Positions 59,365 through 64,000 of a DNA stretch of 64,000 nucleotides are shown one piece after another. Numbering within the stretch: the stretch's first letter is position 1; each line of letters opens with the position of its first letter. Source of the stretch: Candidatus Aenigmatarchaeota archaeon (lineage in GTDB: Archaea; Aenigmatarchaeota; Aenigmatarchaeia; CG10238-14; SCSR01); the NCBI GenBank assembly GCA_038998335.1, contig JAVZHQ010000001.1, forward strand, positions 672,609-736,608, in the 5' to 3' direction. Made by a program: the position numbers and the translations under genes. The notes beneath the pieces are model-generated. The model was not told the origin of the DNA, ran no database searches, and saw only the letters and a program-made list of their open reading frames with translations.

Positions 59365-60474
59365 TTATTCACTATAACTCTTAAAAGTTTCTCTTATCAT
59401 TTTTTCTAAAGTAAAGTATTTTAAAACTCTTTTTCTTGCGTTTATTCCCATTCTTTTTCTTAATTCTTCGTTCTCTAAAAGGAAGAGAATTGCTTTCGCT
59501 AAAGCTTGAGGGTTTTTTGGCTCAACAACTAAGCCTGTTTTCATATGTTGATTAACCCAAGGTACTCCTGAACCTTTTAGGTTAGTTGAAATTACTGGCT
59601 TACCACAAGCCATCGCTTCAAGTTGAGAAATACCGAAAGCTTCTGACTTGTGAATAGAAGGGAGAATAAAAATATCGCACAAATTATAGTATTTAACTGC
59701 TTTTTTATCTGAAACTTTTCCGGTAAACTCAACAAAATTATTTATTCCTAAATTTTTTGCAAGCTTTTCTAGTTTTTTTCTTAGCTTACCTTCACCAACT
59801 ATTAAAAGTATAAAGTCTTTTCTTTTTTCAGAAATGATTTTTATCGCTTCCAAAAGATATTCCAAACCTTTGTAGGGAAAAAGCCTTCCCAAAAAAAGTA
59901 AAACATTCTTTTTTGGTTTTTTGACCTTAATTGGTTTAAATTTTCTCGTGTCAACACCTAAAGGAATTATTTTAACTTTTCTCTTAAACTTTTTAAGAAC
60001 AAGAGAACCTTCAACATAGTTTTGACTTGTAGCAATTATTTTTCTTGAAACTTTAAGTAAAGGAAAAAGGTAGATTCTTCGGAAAATTTCTCCCAAGAAA
60101 TGAAAGAAAGTGTAGTAGATTATATCTGAATGATACGTTACAACAATTTTTGCCTTCCTATAGACTAAAGAATAAAGAAATAAGTTGAATTCGAACCATG
60201 GATTTGGAATGTGCAAGTGAATTATGTCTGGGTTAATTTTTTTAATTAGACAAACAAAAGGTGGAGTAAAAGGTAAATGAAGATAGTAAAAAATTCTTGG
60301 CAAGCGAAAAACTTTTATTCCCTTAATTTTTTCATATTTGAATTTTTTGGAAGTATTTGAAACTACTACATAAACTTCATGTTTTTTACTTGCTTCTTTT
60401 GCTAAAATGTAAGTATAGTTTTCTATTCCCCCCTTTTCTGGATAAAAGTATTTACCCAAGTGTAAAATTTTCAT
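59365..60474 (-). CDS. GT4 glycosyltransferase
   Basis: LGRLFPYKG, EAFGISQLEAMACG. Confidence 0.9.
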   Translation of the reverse strand: MKILHLGKYFYPEKGGIENYTYILAKEASKKHEVYVVVSNTSKKFKYEKIKGIKVFRLPRIFYYLHLPFTPPFVCLIKKINPDIIHLHIPNPWFEFNLFLYSLVYRKAKIVVTYHSDIIYYTFFHFLGEIFRRIYLFPLLKVSRKIIATSQNYVEGSLVLKKFKRKVKIIPLGVDTRKFKPIKVKKPKKNVLLFLGRLFPYKGLEYLLEAIKIISEKRKDFILLIVGEGKLRKKLEKLAKNLGINNFVEFTGKVSDKKAVKYYNLCDIFILPSIHKSEAFGISQLEAMACGKPVISTNLKGSGVPWVNQHMKTGLVVEPKNPQALAKAILFLLENEELRKRMGINARKRVLKYFTLEKMIRETFKSYSE

Positions 60475-60761
60475 ATTTGATTATTTTGTACAAATAAATA
60501 AAATGTTCATATACACAAACCAGAATCTCCCTATCTTGTATTCTTTAATTTTAAGGTCTACTTTCGTTAAAAGCTCACACATGCATTTGGGAGAGTAAAA
60601 CCTTATATGAAGAGTCTTAAAACAAAAAATCTAAAATAGGTTTATCTTTGAAATAACTTAAGGTAGAGGAAATAGGAATTGGTAGTAGTGGGTTAAAGAT
60701 TATTAAACTAATGTTTAACTCGTTTGAATTAATTTAACTTTATTTAAAATAAAATTTTATT

Positions 60762-61925
60762 ATGAAAATCTTAATGATTACTGAAAGTTTCCCACCAGAA
60801 ATGAGTGGTAGTGCTATTTATGCTTATGAAATGGCAAAAAGATTTGGAAAATTAGGTATTGAAACAACCATTATAACCAGGAAATTTGGTTCCAACTATA
60901 AAGATGAGAAGATAAAAAATGTAAAAGTAATAAGGATAAATGTTCCTTCGTATGAAGCAGCAGGTAAGAAAATAAATCTTAATAGATTTAGATTCATATT
61001 AGCTCTAATTAAAACAATTCTAGCTATTCATAAAAATTATGATATTATTCATTTACACTCTGGTCTAGCTTCTGAATGTGCTGCCTGGGCGCTCAAAAAA
61101 GTTTTTAGAGTAAAGACACCGATAGTAATGACTCTTCATGCTACTTTTGCTGGCTATTGGAAATTACTTTATCCTTTTCCTATCTACATTCTTTTTGATA
61201 GTATAAGCAAAGAATTGATAGCTGGTAGTAATTGTGATAGGTATTTTGTAGTGGACGATGGAATGGGTGGGGATGTATTTCTCAGAAAGAATGGCGTGTC
61301 GTCTAAAAAAATAAAAAAACATTTTCATGCTGTCGACACAAATATTTTCCGACCTATGAATATAAAGAAAAGTAAGAACACTATTGCCTACATAGGAAGA
61401 TTAGACCCTTTTAAAGGAGTAGATTTGGTTATAGAAGCTATGAAATTCCTACCAGAGCCAATAAAACTAGAAATATACGGAAATGGTCCTCTTAAAGAAA
61501 AACTTATTGACTTAACGAAAAAATTAAATCTTTCCAAAAGAGTAAAATTTCATAACTCAATACCACATAAAAAAATTCCTTACTACTTAAATAGATTTGA
61601 AATTTTAGTTCTTACTGACATAAGAGGAGAAAAAAATAGGAACGGATTAGGTTTGATTATGTGTGAAGCCATGGCATGTAAAGCTCTTTATTTGACTTCT
61701 TTTTTCCCCAGAAAAGAATGGAAATGTAAAACATGGATAAGTGTTTGTAAAAATGACCCAAAACAAATAGCAAATAAAATCTTAGAGTATTTCAAGAATA
61801 AGAAAAAATACGAAAGAATAAGAAAGAATGCAAGAAAAATAGCATTAAAATATTTCAGTTGGAATAAAATTATTAATCTTTATTTAAATGAATTTAGAGA
61901 ACTTAAAATTATAACATCATTATAA
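60762..61925 (+). CDS. GT4 glycosyltransferase
   Basis: IGRLDPFKG, GLGLIMCEAMAC. Confidence 0.85.
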   Translation: MKILMITESFPPEMSGSAIYAYEMAKRFGKLGIETTIITRKFGSNYKDEKIKNVKVIRINVPSYEAAGKKINLNRFRFILALIKTILAIHKNYDIIHLHSGLASECAAWALKKVFRVKTPIVMTLHATFAGYWKLLYPFPIYILFDSISKELIAGSNCDRYFVVDDGMGGDVFLRKNGVSSKKIKKHFHAVDTNIFRPMNIKKSKNTIAYIGRLDPFKGVDLVIEAMKFLPEPIKLEIYGNGPLKEKLIDLTKKLNLSKRVKFHNSIPHKKIPYYLNRFEILVLTDIRGEKNRNGLGLIMCEAMACKALYLTSFFPRKEWKCKTWISVCKNDPKQIANKILEYFKNKKKYERIRKNARKIALKYFSWNKIINLYLNEFRELKIITSL

Positions 61926-61945
61926 AAGTAATATGAAAAAAATTT

Positions 61946-62674
61946 TTATTGTTTTTTAATTGGTAAAGTACATCTAACCCATATCTCAGCACAATACTCA
62001 GGGGGTAATTGCTTACCTAATTCATAAAATGCATCTATAATTTTTGAGTTAAACATTTCCATTTGTTTATTAGAAAGTGGTTTAAAAAATATTCCGCCAA
62101 AGCTTTCTATTTTTAAACCGCTTTTAATTATATCTTTTCGAAGCATTTTTAAATCATAGTATCTTTTATGATTAACTGCAATATCTTGTTCGGTTAATTC
62201 GTGGAGATCTGAAATAACTCCCATAATCTTTCCAATCCGACGATGTATAGACTCTGCGTTTGGTACCACTATAACTATATAACCATCTTCATTAATAAAT
62301 TTCTTATATTTTTTAAGAATTGAAATTGGATCTTCTACATGTTCTAATATTCCTGACATTAGTATAGTATCGAAAAGATAAGTAGGATTAAAATCTTCAA
62401 AAAGAGAGATGAAAAATTTCACTTTATTTTTAAACAATGACACTCGTTTTTGGGCTCGCTCAACACGAATTTTAGAACCATCAACAGCCACTACCTCATT
62501 AAAATTTTTTAACAATTCCAACGTGATTAAACCGTCACCACATCCTAGCTCTAGAATTTTAGGACCTTTACATAGTTCAACAATAGTCCTAGCTCTATAT
62601 TTTATTAACATCTTGTTGAATCCCTCGTCATGTCTAACTTTTTTTGCGATTTCGTCTAATCGTTCTTTTAACAT
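61946..62674 (-). CDS. Class I SAM-dependent methyltransferase
   Basis: ILELGCGDG, LEHVEDP, VVPN. Confidence 0.88.
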   Translation of the reverse strand: MLKERLDEIAKKVRHDEGFNKMLIKYRARTIVELCKGPKILELGCGDGLITLELLKNFNEVVAVDGSKIRVERAQKRVSLFKNKVKFFISLFEDFNPTYLFDTILMSGILEHVEDPISILKKYKKFINEDGYIVIVVPNAESIHRRIGKIMGVISDLHELTEQDIAVNHKRYYDLKMLRKDIIKSGLKIESFGGIFFKPLSNKQMEMFNSKIIDAFYELGKQLPPEYCAEIWVRCTLPIKKQ

Positions 62675-62764
62675 TTAAAATCTTCCTATAAATTTTTTTG
62701 GAATAATTATTTAAAATTTTATTAAAAGCATATCTTTATTTTTCAATTCACAAATAAGTAAAAT

Positions 62765-63760
62765 ATGAAAAAAGTAAGAGTTGCTGTTATTGGCGTTGGA
62801 AATATGGGAAAACATCATACCAGAATATATTCTAAATTGCCTAATGTGAAATTGGTAGCTGTTTCTGACATCAATAAAAATATTGGAGAAATGGTAGCAA
62901 AAAAATATGGTTGTAAATTTTATCGCGATTATAAAGAAATGTTAAAAAAAGAAGAAATAGACGCTGTATCAATTGCAACACCGACAACACTCCATAAGGA
63001 TATTGCTCTTGATGCCATAAACACTGACAAACATGTTTTAATCGAAAAACCTATCGCAGATACGGTAGAAAATGCAAAAAAAATTATTAAAGCAGCAAAG
63101 GAAAAAAATGTAAAATTGATGGTAGGACATATAGAAAGATTTAACCCAGCTGTCAGAAAGTTGAAGGAAATATTAAATAAAGGAAAATTGGGAGACATAA
63201 AAACAATTATTATAAGAAGAGTTGGTTTATTCCCACCCCAAATTAAAGACACTAATGTTATCATAGATCTTGCAGTACATGATATTGATATTTGCAATTA
63301 TTTACTTGGTAGAGAGCCAGTTGTACTCTATGCAACAGCTGGAAAAGCATTAACAAACAGACAGGAAGATTATGCAGATATTTTTTTAAGATATGGTACA
63401 ATAAATGTTTTTATTCAAGTAAATTGGATCACTCCGGTTAAAATTAGAAATCTATCAATAACTGGAACCAAGGGTTATGCTGAATTAAACTACATAACTC
63501 AAGACTTAAAAATTTATGAAAGCATTTTCGAAAAATCGAGAGACGAAACATTCGAAGAAATTGTTAAATTTGGACAACCCAAAGAAATTCATATTAGTGT
63601 AAATAAAAAAGAACCTTTAAAAGAAGAACTTAAATCCTTTATTTCTTATATAAATGGTGGTGTATGCGAAGCATCTGGTGAGGAGGCGTTAAAGGCTCTT
63701 GAAGTAGCCACTGAAATTATCAATTTCTATAGAAAACAAAAATTATTTCTTAAAAAATAA
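62765..63760 (+). CDS. Gfo/Idh/MocA oxidoreductase (WbpB-like nucleotide-sugar 3-dehydrogenase)
   Basis: GVGNMG, EKP, GHIERFNPAV, DLAVHDID. Confidence 0.85.
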   Translation: MKKVRVAVIGVGNMGKHHTRIYSKLPNVKLVAVSDINKNIGEMVAKKYGCKFYRDYKEMLKKEEIDAVSIATPTTLHKDIALDAINTDKHVLIEKPIADTVENAKKIIKAAKEKNVKLMVGHIERFNPAVRKLKEILNKGKLGDIKTIIIRRVGLFPPQIKDTNVIIDLAVHDIDICNYLLGREPVVLYATAGKALTNRQEDYADIFLRYGTINVFIQVNWITPVKIRNLSITGTKGYAELNYITQDLKIYESIFEKSRDETFEEIVKFGQPKEIHISVNKKEPLKEELKSFISYINGGVCEASGEEALKALEVATEIINFYRKQKLFLKK

Positions 63761-64000
63761 TTTTTATTAATTGTGAGATAGTATCAATAACCTTATCAGC
63801 TCCAAATTTTTTAGAATGCTCTTCATCAATATTTTTGGATAAAATTCCAACTGATTTAATGCCACAATTCTTTGCTGCCATAATGTCATATGGATGATCG
63901 CCAACAACAAGCGCTTGAGACGGTTTTACATTCAAGTACTCAAGAATTTTATGCAAACCTTCAGGGTGTGGTTTTTGACTTTTTACATCGTCCCTCGTAA
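63750..64000 (-). CDS. HAD-family phosphatase (5' part outside the window)
   Basis: ...TRDDVKSQKPHPEG...VGDHPYDIMAAKNCG. Confidence 0.85.
   Translation of the reverse strand, partial: TRDDVKSQKPHPEGLHKILEYLNVKPSQALVVGDHPYDIMAAKNCGIKSVGILSKNIDEEHSKKFGADKVIDTISQLIKIIF

Overview
AT-rich, gene-dense archaeal chromosome segment. Gene content and style (histone, Alba, RadA, RPA, uS15, eS1, Dph5, AglB, many KG-type prepilins) suggest a DPANN archaeon, possibly Aenigmarchaeota-like; this assignment is inference. Layout: (i) 1-22.9 kb is a large type IV pilus-like region with an ATPase, two TadC/ArlJ-like platform paralogues, about 15 tandem pilin-like genes and a 1640-aa Cys-rich surface protein, interrupted by alba and a free-standing LAGLIDADG gene. 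(ii) 23-28 kb holds six paralogous small membrane proteins. (iii) 28.9-43.9 kb is housekeeping genes, tRNA-Leu(CAG) and a radA carrying three LAGLIDADG inteins. (iv) 44-64 kb is an N-glycosylation/surface-glycan cluster with recombination scars. Top observation: alba is split by a 31-nt insert (2842-2872) that folds into a canonical bulge-helix-bulge (BHB) motif. Cutting at the standard tRNA-splicing-endonuclease positions restores the conserved Alba sequence DNVIFVGRKPSMAYV, so this is a predicted mRNA intron. A free-standing NUMOD3-LAGLIDADG gene ends 2 nt before the alba start codon, suggesting a possible intron/endonuclease collaborative-homing pair.
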